This document shows positions 1 to 7,448 of a stretch of DNA of 32,000 bases, piece after piece. The translations under genes were made by a program, and so were the position numbers. Below the pieces are notes generated by a model, which was not told the origin of the DNA, made no database searches, and was given only the letters and a program-made list of their open reading frames with translations. Numbering within the stretch: the first letter of the stretch is position 1; each line of letters starts with the position of its first letter. This DNA comes from an uncultured Chloroflexia bacterium (GTDB lineage: Bacteria > Chloroflexota > Ktedonobacteria > Ktedonobacterales > JADMIN01), in NCBI GenBank assembly GCA_963718915.1, contig CAVRAI010000009.1, positions 90,001 through 122,000 on the forward strand, in the 5' to 3' direction.

Positions 1-522
1 GTCTGGTGAGTAGCGCCTCCAGATAGTCGGCGCAGGCCTCGTCTTCGATGGATTGTCTTCCGCCATCCTCAAACGTACTCGCCGTTGGCATCAGCGTCAT
101 CTGGCCCGCTCCGATTGTTGCGGCCAGCTGCGCGGCATACGTTGCCGTGGCGCGCGCGTTGACTAGCGAGGCCACCAGCAGCCGCGAGGCATGGCGAGCG
201 TTGACGGCGCCCTGCGTGCCCGCGCCGGTCCGCTGGATGATGAGGCGGTCGCGCACATCAGCGGACTGCATGCGCGCCGGGGAATTATTGAGATCGAAGC
301 CGGGAATAAGACGTCCGCCTACCTCGCCCGCCAGAAGTGCGTCGGGATGAGCCTCATCGCGCAGAGTAAGCGCTTCCTCGACGCCGCGCACTAGCAGCAA
401 CTCGCGCGCGCCTCCCGCCAGCGCATACGCCGAAACCGTGAAGGCGCGTAACACATCAATGACCACGACAACGCCACGCGCCTGTTCGGCATTGCTTCCA
501 TGGATACGCACAACATCGACCG
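1..522 (-). CDS. 2-phosphosulfolactate phosphatase family protein (ComB-like); C-terminal part runs off the left window edge
   Basis: Absent from the ORF track because there is no stop in the window. Own translation of the minus strand from GTG at 522 (in-frame TAG directly upstream at 525-523): VAKTVDVVRIHGSNAEQARGVVVVIDVLRAFTVSAYALAGGARELLLV...AGEVGGRLIPGFDLNNSPARM... The IDVLRA(F/S)T and GE.GG...GFD..NSP motifs are typical of the ComB family. The + ORFs 48..350 and 191..394 are antisense shadows. Confidence 0.6.
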
Positions 523-532
523 TTTTCGCCAC

Positions 533-1516
533 CTAGATCCATCCTCGCCGTTTGAAGAACAACAGTTGTCCGACGGTAATAACCAGCATCAGCAGCAGCA
601 CAAGCCAGAAATTGAGGCCGCCGTCATGCTCCACCTGGGGCATATGGCCAAAGTTCTGCCCGAAGACTCCGGTCACGAAGGTGATCGGCAGAAAGATCGT
701 CGCGATGATCGTCAGTTGCTTCATGACGACGTTGAGCCGGTTGGAGACGGTCGTCAGGTAGACATCGAGCAGGCCGCTCATCAGGTCGCGATAGGAGTCG
801 AGCACCTCGAAGGCGCGAATCAGATGGTCATGCACATCGCTGAAATAGGCCTCGGTGTCGGCGGGGATGTATTCGCGGGTGCGGGTAATCAGCGCGTTCG
901 TCACCTCAACGCTGGGGCTGATGACCCGCCGCATATGCGCCACCTCGCGCTTGATATGGAAGATGCGCGCCTGCACCTGATTCGAGGTCGTACTGACGGT
1001 CAGGTCTTCGAGCTGGTCGATCACGTCGTCGAGGTCGTCGAGGACGGGGAAGTAGTCGTCAACCAGCCCCGAAAGGACGGTGTAGAGCAGATAGGCGCAG
1101 CCGCGCTTGCCAGGGCTTTCGTCGCTGGTATCGACGCGCACGGACTCGCGCAGCTTGTCCATCCACTCTAACGGCTGGCGGTGCAGCGTCACCAGGTAGT
1201 GCTTGCTGAAGATGACATCCAGCTTCGGCGTGCTGGCGTCCTCGGTCTGCTGGTCGAAGCCGATGCCATGCATGACGAGGTAGAAGTAGTTGTGCCCCTC
1301 GACAAACTTGGCCCGCTCATGCTCTTCGCCGATGGTGCGCACCGTCAGCCGCGAGAGGCCAAAGGTATGCGAGAGCAGCTTCTGGGCCTCGGTTGGATCG
1401 CCTTCGATGTCGAGCCAGATCAGCGAGCCTTCGACATTGAGTTCCTGGCTCAGGTTGCTGGGCGAGAGGCCGGTTTGCAGTTCGCCATTCTGCCACACGA
1501 GGAGATGTTGTCGCAC
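533..1516 (-). CDS. corA: CorA-family magnesium/cobalt transporter
   Basis: 327 aa ORF with a cytoplasmic N-domain and two C-terminal TM helices. It carries the signature loop FGQNFGHMP (a variant of YGMNF) and ends ...FFKRRGWI. GTG start. Confidence 0.9.
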   Translation of the reverse strand: MRQHLLVWQNGELQTGLSPSNLSQELNVEGSLIWLDIEGDPTEAQKLLSHTFGLSRLTVRTIGEEHERAKFVEGHNYFYLVMHGIGFDQQTEDASTPKLDVIFSKHYLVTLHRQPLEWMDKLRESVRVDTSDESPGKRGCAYLLYTVLSGLVDDYFPVLDDLDDVIDQLEDLTVSTTSNQVQARIFHIKREVAHMRRVISPSVEVTNALITRTREYIPADTEAYFSDVHDHLIRAFEVLDSYRDLMSGLLDVYLTTVSNRLNVVMKQLTIIATIFLPITFVTGVFGQNFGHMPQVEHDGGLNFWLVLLLMLVITVGQLLFFKRRGWI

Positions 1517-1646
1517 GCTGTGCGCTCGCTTTCATCGGGTTTATACCCATCGGCCAGGAGAATTCCCCTGGACACCGTTCACCATCATACGACGATGATG
1601 GCGACGACGATGCGAGCGCAGTACAACAGGCGTCGGCGCTACCTGG

Positions 1647-2114
1647 TCAAGACTGTTTGCGCGCCTCCCTGCCCGGCTCCCAACCTGCTTCGTGGTAGTA
1701 GAGCGGTTCATCCAGGCCCATCACCTGGCGCAGATAGACCAGCTCGCCCAGGTGATAGCAGCGGTGACGGATCGCCGACCAGATAGCGGCGCGATAGGTC
1801 ATGGTATCGCCTGTCCACCAGGTCAGTGGCTCATCCAGCTTGCCGGGCGTTGCGATTTCCTGCTGCAGCTCCTCATGCGCCTTGCGAAAGGCGGCAAGCG
1901 CTTCGTCTTTGCTGGCCGGTTTTTCAGGAACGGCGTTGAAGGCCAGATGCCAGACGATGTCAAGCGCCGATGTGGCTTTCTCGTTGGGACGCCAGGCAAA
2001 TTGCTCTTCGGTGAGATCCATCACGGTCTCCTCAACCTGCCGCTGCTCCAGCGCCAGGATACGTCCCAGGTCTTCACTTGCGTAGGTAGGCGTTACGGGT
2101 ATGACGCGGGCCAT
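1647..2114 (-). CDS. DinB-family (DinB/YfiT-like four-helix bundle) protein
   Basis: ORF 1647..2174. I prefer the internal ATG at 2114 (MARVIPV...), which is preceded by GGAGGGGGAGAAG. His-containing helices (DIVWHLA, HRCYHLGELVYLRQ) are typical of the DinB superfamily. Confidence 0.7.
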   Translation of the reverse strand: MARVIPVTPTYASEDLGRILALEQRQVEETVMDLTEEQFAWRPNEKATSALDIVWHLAFNAVPEKPASKDEALAAFRKAHEELQQEIATPGKLDEPLTWWTGDTMTYRAAIWSAIRHRCYHLGELVYLRQVMGLDEPLYYHEAGWEPGREARKQS

Positions 2115-2295
2115 CTTCTCCCCCTCCGAAACCAATGCGGCTTGCACGCGCAAGTACATATGTTCTATTCGCAAGTCTAGTGCGCATCCACCTGCCTGTC
2201 AAGGCGCGAGGGGATCTCCGTTTGCGCATCAAACATGATATGTCGCGCGCACGCAAAAGCGGATAGCCGCACCGGTCCTTGATGCATGCTACCCG

Positions 2296-2347
2296 CTAAC
2301 CCCGGACCTCTCCCCCTGCCCCTCCCCTAAAAGGGAGGGGGAATCAG
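2296..2347. repeat. REP-like intergenic hairpin repeat, copy 1 (CCCCTCCC-ctaaaa-GGGAGGGG, stem 2319-2340)
   Basis: Perfect 8-bp stem seen directly. The flanks cctctccccct...gaatcagg are shared with the copies at 5737-5780 and (partially) 3774-3800. It lies just downstream of the stop of 2363..3232. Confidence 0.75.
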
Positions 2348-2362
2348 GCGGATTCCGTTCTA

Positions 2363-3232
2363 TCAGTTGGCTGACCCTGACGACGCCCCCGGCTCGTGGG
2401 CGCCGCGGAAACCAGCCTGGCGCGCCTCGGCCTCGGTCGCGAAGTAGATCCGATTCTCCTCGGCGGGCAGCGGAGCTGTGTCGTCCGCGCCCTGGAAGGT
2501 CATGGTGTGGATGTTGCCAACGTAGCGCGGCGCACCACCCGACGCCGAGGTCGTCCCCGAGCCCGCGTAGGTCTGTACGGGAACGCCGTCAGCGCGCCCC
2601 GCCGTCGACGTGTAGGAGGCGCGCGTGGAAGACCCCTTGCCCACCGTCGCCGCGGCCAGATTGCGCTCGACCGGCAACTCTACCATCGGCTCCTCGGCTT
2701 CGAGGGCGGTCGTCATGCGTCTGCGCGCGACGAAATACGCGCCGACTCCGGCGGCTACCAGGCCGACGCCGACGCCCGCCAGCCACAATATCGTCGTCCG
2801 GCGACGTTGCTGTTGTCGCTGCTGCTCCAGTTGCAGCAGGCGTTTGCGCGCCACGGAGAATGGCGGCACATTCTGCAACGCATCAGGAGTGCGCACCTGC
2901 GCAAGCCGGTTGATTGCGTCGTCGAGCCGCGCATTGGCCAGCACACGGGCATCTCCGATCCGGGCGTTCGCCGCCTCGCGGATCGGGGCGAGCCGAACCA
3001 TGGCCTGGTCACGCGCTACTCGCGCATCGCTCAGTCGAGCAGCGGCGAGTTCGCGGAGGGTCTGTGCTCGGTAGCTAGCCTGCATTTCATTCCAGCGCGC
3101 AATCAGCGGCGCCGTTACCATCGCCGAGAGTACGCCCATACGAATCCAGTTGGTGGTCGTGTCGGTACTCTTCCGCTTCGCGTCGTTCCGCTGTGGCATC
3201 CTCATCATCCTTTCCTGTCCCCGCATCCACAT
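2363..3232 (-). CDS. hypothetical single-pass membrane protein (Ala/Arg-rich helical N-region, one TM helix, Ser/Thr/Gly linker, short conserved C-terminal module)
   Basis: 289 aa ORF with TM segment ILWLAGVGVGLVAAGVGAYFVA. The C-terminus reads ...NRIYFATEAEARQAGFRGA. The true start may be one of the ATGs at 3208-3199, after AGGAAAGG. The overlapping + ORF 2396..3394 is an antisense shadow. Confidence 0.6.
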   Translation of the reverse strand: MWMRGQERMMRMPQRNDAKRKSTDTTTNWIRMGVLSAMVTAPLIARWNEMQASYRAQTLRELAAARLSDARVARDQAMVRLAPIREAANARIGDARVLANARLDDAINRLAQVRTPDALQNVPPFSVARKRLLQLEQQRQQQRRRTTILWLAGVGVGLVAAGVGAYFVARRRMTTALEAEEPMVELPVERNLAAATVGKGSSTRASYTSTAGRADGVPVQTYAGSGTTSASGGAPRYVGNIHTMTFQGADDTAPLPAEENRIYFATEAEARQAGFRGAHEPGASSGSAN

Positions 3233-3350
3233 GGGCGCGGACGCCCCTTGCTCAATACACCTTCACGTATCCTCTACGTATCCTCAACCATTGCATGTGT
3301 TTTTTCCATGCTCACCGATTCGAGGCGCTTGCGCGCGCCAGATTATGGAA

Positions 3351-3382
3351 CACATGGACACATGGACACATGCACGCACATC
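3351..3382. repeat. 8-bp tandem repeat (cacatgga x2, cacatgca, cgcacatc)
   Basis: Read directly from the sequence. Lies in the intergenic region. Confidence 0.8.
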
Positions 3383-3584
3383 GCGTGCCAGTAATCGCCT
3401 GCCCATCAGACGCCAACTGACGGCATCTGATCCATCGCACCGCTGTTGCACGTACGTCTCCTCGATAGCTGCCGATAGCCACCGCACGGAGTGAATTCAG
3501 ATGTGTTATCCCTGTACTATGTCCCCGACCAGGGCCTGAGCGCTAGAAGCGGGCGGCGAAACTAGTCAGATGCGCTGGCGGCTG

Positions 3585-3746
3585 ATGAACGTTCACGTAT
3601 TCTTCCGAACAGCGCGCGGTGTGGCGGGCGAGGCAGACCGTAGCGTGAACGCTACGGCGAATTTCCTGCCCACCTCCACCCATTTGCTGGCAGGCTCCGT
3701 CACGCGCACCCCAGCACACGCTACGGAGGTATTTCTTCACGTTTAT
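3585..3746 (+). repeat. dispersed ~160-bp structured non-coding repeat, copy A (partner at 21610-21768)
   Basis: Collinear with 21610-21768 at roughly 70% identity by eye, including the blocks atgaacgtt, ccgaaca.cgcgcg, ccgtag.gtgaacgctac.gcgaatttcc, ccacccatt and ggaggt.tttctt. Internal perfect hairpin ccgtagcg-tgaa-cgctacgg at 3638-3657. The ends are partially inverted (atgaacgt / acgtttat). Confidence 0.7.
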
Positions 3747-3773
3747 AAGCCGCGCCTGAACGGCTCGCGCGTC

Positions 3774-3800
3774 AGCCCTCTAAAAGGGAGGGGCAACCAG
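3774..3800. repeat. REP-like hairpin repeat, degenerate copy 2 (agccctctaaaagggaggggcaaccag)
   Basis: Shares taaaagggagggg..aaccag with copies 1 and 3, but the left arm is truncated. Confidence 0.5.
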
Positions 3801-3863
3801 ACCCGCAGTGTCGGTGGCAGGCGCACGGGCGCCCGTGTCCGCTACGTCTCTTGTGCAGTATGC

Positions 3864-3892
3864 TTGACAGTACAAGACGTGGCACGTAGAGT
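3864..3892 (+). promoter_or_regulatory. sigma70-type promoter candidate for galU (TTGACA-17 nt-TAGAGT)
   Basis: -35 TTGACA at 3864-3869, a 17-nt spacer, then -10 TAGAGT at 3887-3892. Lies about 140 nt upstream of the galU ATG. Confidence 0.4.
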
Positions 3893-4031
3893 GTGCAGGG
3901 CATCGGCCATGCGTTTTGCGGGTCTGACGTTCGCTACGAATTTGATGTATCACGGCACGAGTCGCGGCTATAGGCGTACGAGGTATCCAGCATGCTCAGC
4001 AGATCCAGTGGGGACGGAAGGAATCATCACT

Positions 4032-4910
4032 ATGCCCATCAATAAGGCGGTTATCACGGCGGCTGGTCTGGGGACGCGCGTTCTCCCGGCGACAAAGGCC
4101 GTGCCTAAAGAGATGTTGCCGCTGGCTGACAAGCCAACGATACAATATATCGCCGAGGAGGCCGTGGCTTCGGGTATCACCAGCATCACCTTCATCACCA
4201 GCCGGACAAAACGCGCTGTCGAAGACCACTTTGACGACCAGCCTGAGCTGCGCGAGATTCTGGAGCGCAAGGGGGACGCCGACAAGCTCGCTAAGGTCAA
4301 TCAGCCGTCTGAACTGGCGCATTTTAGCTTTGTGCGCCAGCCCGCCCCGCTCGGCCTGGGACATGCCGTGCTGATGGCGCGGCCCGTGATTGGCGAGGAG
4401 CCGTTCGCGCTGTTGCTGGGCGACGACCTGATCGTGCACCGGCCGCGCCCTTGCCTGCGCCAGTTGATCGATGTCCACGAACGCACTGGCGCCAGTGTTA
4501 TCGCCGTTATGCGTGTCCCACGCGACGTGATCTCGCGCTATGGCGTGGTGACCGTCGATCCGTCGGGGCAACTCGACGCGCGCACATTTCGGGTGCAAGA
4601 TACGGTTGAGAAGCCACGCGCCGAGGACGCGCCATCCGACCTCGCGGTGATTGGCCGCTATGTCTTCACGCCGCGCATCTTCGACCTGCTGGAGGTGACA
4701 ACGCCTGGGGCGGGCGGGGAGATTCAGCTGACCGACGCGATTCGCGCGCTCAGTCAGCGCGAGCCGGTCTACGCCTATGAATTTGAGGGTACGCGGTACG
4801 ATATTGGCGATCCGGTTGGGTTGCTCACAACATCGCTGGCGTTCGCGCTGATGCGTGAGGATCTGGCGCCGGGAGTGAAGGCGTACCTGCGCACGCTGAA
4901 ACTGGATTGA
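4032..4910 (+). CDS. galU: UTP--glucose-1-phosphate uridylyltransferase
   Basis: The track ORF 3570..4910 is over-extended. Homology-like sequence starts at ATG 4032 (MPINKAVITAAGLGTRVLPATKAVPKEMLPLADKPTIQYI...), preceded by GGACGGAAGGA. Confidence 0.9.
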   Translation: MPINKAVITAAGLGTRVLPATKAVPKEMLPLADKPTIQYIAEEAVASGITSITFITSRTKRAVEDHFDDQPELREILERKGDADKLAKVNQPSELAHFSFVRQPAPLGLGHAVLMARPVIGEEPFALLLGDDLIVHRPRPCLRQLIDVHERTGASVIAVMRVPRDVISRYGVVTVDPSGQLDARTFRVQDTVEKPRAEDAPSDLAVIGRYVFTPRIFDLLEVTTPGAGGEIQLTDAIRALSQREPVYAYEFEGTRYDIGDPVGLLTTSLAFALMREDLAPGVKAYLRTLKLD

Positions 4911-4951
4911 ACGGGTTTCATACGGATTGACCTGGAGGTGAGGGAGATCAC

Positions 4952-5728
4952 ATGGCAGAGGAACAAATACCCTCGACAATGCGGCCACTTGAGGGACGGA
5001 TTGCGCTGGTCACGGGCAGCAGCCGGGGTATCGGTCGCGCGACCGCGATCCGGCTGGCGGCGATGGGCGCGAAGGTGATCGTGAACTATCGCAGTGATGA
5101 GGCAGGAGCGCGAGAGACGTGCGCGACCATCAGCGCGGCGGGCGGGCAGGCGCTGGCGCTACAGGCGGATGTCTCGCGGGAGGACGATGTAGCGCGGCTC
5201 TTCCAGGAGGCTGAGGCGCATCTGGGGTCGGTGACGATTCTGGTCAATAATGCGGGCACCACCAACGACCGTCTCATCATGCAGATGAAGCTCGACGATT
5301 TTCAGCAGGTGCTTCAGACCAATCTAGTGTCGGCGTTCCTCTGCACACGGGCGGCGCTGCGGCCCATGCTCAAGGCGCGCTGGGGGCGCATTGTCAATGT
5401 CACCTCGATCTCCGGCATGATGGGACAGGTAGGACAGGCCAACTATGCCGCCTCGAAGGCGGGGCTGATCGCGCTCACGAAATCCACCGCGCGCGAGGTC
5501 GCCAGCCGGAGCATCACCGCCAATGCGGTCGCGCCTGGATACGTGCCGACGGAACTGACCGCGAACGTCTCTGACGATTTCAAGAAATACTATATGGACA
5601 TCACGCCGCTCAAGCGCTATGGCTCCGCGGACGAGGTCGCGGCGACCATTGCGTTTCTCTGCGGGCCAGAGGCGGGCTATATCACCGGGCAGACGATTGC
5701 GGTGGATGGCGGGATAAGTATGCAGTAG
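4952..5728 (+). CDS. fabG: SDR-family 3-oxoacyl-[ACP] reductase (FabG-like)
   Basis: 258 aa with the TGSSRGIG cofactor motif, NNAG, and the S...YAASK catalytic motif. GGAGGTGAGGGAG lies upstream. Confidence 0.85.
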   Translation: MAEEQIPSTMRPLEGRIALVTGSSRGIGRATAIRLAAMGAKVIVNYRSDEAGARETCATISAAGGQALALQADVSREDDVARLFQEAEAHLGSVTILVNNAGTTNDRLIMQMKLDDFQQVLQTNLVSAFLCTRAALRPMLKARWGRIVNVTSISGMMGQVGQANYAASKAGLIALTKSTAREVASRSITANAVAPGYVPTELTANVSDDFKKYYMDITPLKRYGSADEVAATIAFLCGPEAGYITGQTIAVDGGISMQ

Positions 5729-5736
5729 GGCTGACG

Positions 5737-5780
5737 CCCTCTCCCCCTAACCCCCTCCCCTCAAAGGGAGGGGAACCAGT
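5737..5780. repeat. REP-like hairpin repeat, copy 3 (CCCCTCCC-ctcaaa-GGGAGGGG, stem 5752-5773); probable fabG terminator
   Basis: Perfect 8-bp stem 9 nt after the fabG stop. Same flanks as copy 1 (ccctctccccct...gggaggggaaccag). Confidence 0.75.
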
Positions 5781-5864
5781 GCCAGACGTAGCTGCGCCTT
5801 GCTGCACACCAGGCAGGTTTGGACATCTATCGACAGGTGTCCGGTGTCTCTATCTGGATACGAC

Positions 5865-5892
5865 TTGACATAGTGTGTCTGGCGGCCATAAG
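5865..5892 (+). promoter_or_regulatory. promoter candidate (TTGACA-16 nt-CATAAG) for the 5974..6712 gene pair
   Basis: -35 TTGACA at 5865-5870 and a -10-like CATAAG at 5887-5892. Confidence 0.3.
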
Positions 5893-5973
5893 CTGACGGC
5901 GGGACGGCAGTGCGTGTGGAGTGGATGCGCTTGCTGTATCCGGCCTGTCATCCCCGTGGATTCGGAGGAGCCG

Positions 5974-6207
5974 ATGGGACACATTCTTGTCGCGAATCGG
6001 CGCGGACACCAGGTGTTCGAGTGGGAGACCACCGATACCGAGGAGGCGCGCCAGCAGATCGAGGAGGCTGAGCGCATTCTGCGCGAGGCCCGTCAGCATG
6101 GCTGCATGGTCTCGAAGAAGGTGGACGGCCAGCATGTGCTGGATCGCGCACCGTTCGACCCCAACGTCGAGGAGTATCAGATCATTGCTCCCATCGCTGG
6201 CGGCTAG
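5974..6207 (+). CDS. small (77 aa) protein with a MoaD/ThiS-like C-terminus ending in Gly-Gly
   Basis: Track ORF 5875..6207. ATG 5974 is preferred because GGAGGAG sits 4 nt upstream. High GC3. The C-terminus VDGQHVLDRAPFDPNVEEYQIIAPIAGG* parallels the MoaD/ThiS tail pattern ...DGDEVAFFPPVSGG*. Confidence 0.5.
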   Translation: MGHILVANRRGHQVFEWETTDTEEARQQIEEAERILREARQHGCMVSKKVDGQHVLDRAPFDPNVEEYQIIAPIAGG

Positions 6208-6358
6208 CCTGAGCGGCTGGTGGCAGCGGCTCCGCGACCGTTTCTCCACGTCCGCGGGGCTTGCCACTGGCCAGAATTCCAGCCACACGAGCGACGCTAT
6301 CGAGCGGCCATGGCGGCGGCGCTGGGATCATCTCCCCAAGCGGAGCGCGGGCGCGGGT

Positions 6359-6712
6359 ATGACGCGCGCTGACTACCGCGTGGCGCATGAGCGTGCCCGT
6401 GAGGTGGCGCGCGCGACGCTGGGCGACGAACTGTGGCAGACACTCCAGCGCCAGGGGTATCTGGATGTTCCGTCGCGTCTGCGTCCCGGCCTGACCTATC
6501 GCCTGCGCGTTGGCCGACGTATCGAGGCGCTGTGCGCGCCGGGGGTGCGCCTGCCCTGGGCGTACCGCTGGCTCTGCATCAACCCCGCCTATCCCCTGCC
6601 CGAAGAAGAGTTTTTCGCGCAACTCTACCTCTACGTGCGCGACCGCGAAGACATCATCCTCCAGGTGGCCGCCCCGCAGCCCTGGGACCAGGCGCTCGGC
6701 CGCACCTTCTAA
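6359..6712 (+). CDS. hypothetical protein (117 aa from the first ATG; the frame is open from 6209)
   Basis: Part of track ORF 5921..6712. Very high GC3. Sequence MTRADYRVAHERAREVARATLGDELWQTLQRQGYLDV...WLCINPAYPLPEEEFFAQLYLYV... There is no ATG/GTG/TTG between 6209 and 6359, so the start is uncertain. Confidence 0.45.
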   Translation: MTRADYRVAHERAREVARATLGDELWQTLQRQGYLDVPSRLRPGLTYRLRVGRRIEALCAPGVRLPWAYRWLCINPAYPLPEEEFFAQLYLYVRDREDIILQVAAPQPWDQALGRTF

Positions 6713-6730
6713 TCCTTCTTAATCCTTCTT
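6711..6730. repeat. perfect 10-bp tandem duplication (aatccttctt x2) spanning the stops of two convergent genes
   Basis: Read directly. The + gene stop TAA is at 6710-6712 and the minus gene stop is at 6719-6721. Confidence 0.85.
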
Positions 6731-7315
6731 GCCGTCTTTCTCGTCGGCTGGGTCTGGCGGCTGCAAGCGCTCGGTCGCGAGGTAGGTTACGGTGTCCCAG
6801 GCGTTGTGGATGCCGATGGACAAGAGCAGAATCATCGCGGCGGCGATAATGAAGAGGGCTGGCGTCGGATCGACCAGGAACAGAATCGCGGCGACGACAA
6901 GCGCGCCGTATGCGACGAGCGGCAGTGTAACGAACCAGAGCCAGTCTTCGAGCACCGGGTCATAGCTGTCCGCAAGGCGGGCGCGCCGAATTATGCGCCG
7001 GGCGATGATCGAGGCATAGATGGCGCCGACAACGCCCGAGACCACGAGCAGTACGCCGACGACGTGCAGCGACTCCCACGGCGCGCTGAGCATCGCGGCG
7101 AGAAAGAGCACAGCGCAGAAGTGGACCACGTTGGGCGTGCCATACGCCGCAAGCTCGCCACCCCCAGACGTGCGCGCATTCCCAGCGACGAGTGTGATGA
7201 CGACAAACATCAATCCCGTCAGCGCCCCAGCGGAGGAGCCAACGATGACATAGAAGTTTTCCCAGCCAGCTAGCGGCGCCACACTAACCTCCCGCATGAC
7301 GAAGTTCTCACCCAC
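6719..7315 (-). CDS. hypothetical polytopic membrane protein (about 5 TM helices)
   Basis: 198 aa ORF with multiple hydrophobic segments (FYVIVGSSAGALTGLMFVVITLV, VVHFCAVLFLAAML, VGVLLVVSGVVGAIYASII, LWFVTLPLVAYGALVVAAILFLV, LFIIAAAMILLLSIGI) and a charged C-tail. Confidence 0.65.
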   Translation of the reverse strand: MGENFVMREVSVAPLAGWENFYVIVGSSAGALTGLMFVVITLVAGNARTSGGGELAAYGTPNVVHFCAVLFLAAMLSAPWESLHVVGVLLVVSGVVGAIYASIIARRIIRRARLADSYDPVLEDWLWFVTLPLVAYGALVVAAILFLVDPTPALFIIAAAMILLLSIGIHNAWDTVTYLATERLQPPDPADEKDGKKD

Positions 7316-7448
7316 GCTGCATGTTTCAGGACATTGCCTTAACGCCGATTATAGCAAGTCAGGAAAAGATAGGGGAGCGGAAAGCGGAGCGGAGAGAACC
7401 CGAAGGCTCTCCCCGTTTCGTGGCATGATAAGCATCGGGCGACGCGCC

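Noticed and set aside
500-1786. Long + strand ORFs (500..1171, 1181..1786, 1290..1598) overlapping corA
   Set aside because: These are antisense shadows typical of high-G+C DNA. Their translations are low-complexity (Arg/Ala/His-rich) with no family features, while the minus-strand CorA reading is unambiguous.
3543-3740. Similar small proteins encoded on the minus strand of both repeat copies (3543..3740 and 21577..21837)
   Set aside because: The peptide similarity just mirrors nucleotide similarity. Differences between copies hit first and second codon positions as often as third, and indels break the frame. The repeat is therefore treated as non-coding.
3570-4031. N-terminal 154-aa extension of the galU ORF (track ORF 3570..4910)
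   Set aside because: The extension runs through the dispersed repeat, a REP hairpin and a good promoter. Conserved GalU sequence and an SD begin at ATG 4032.
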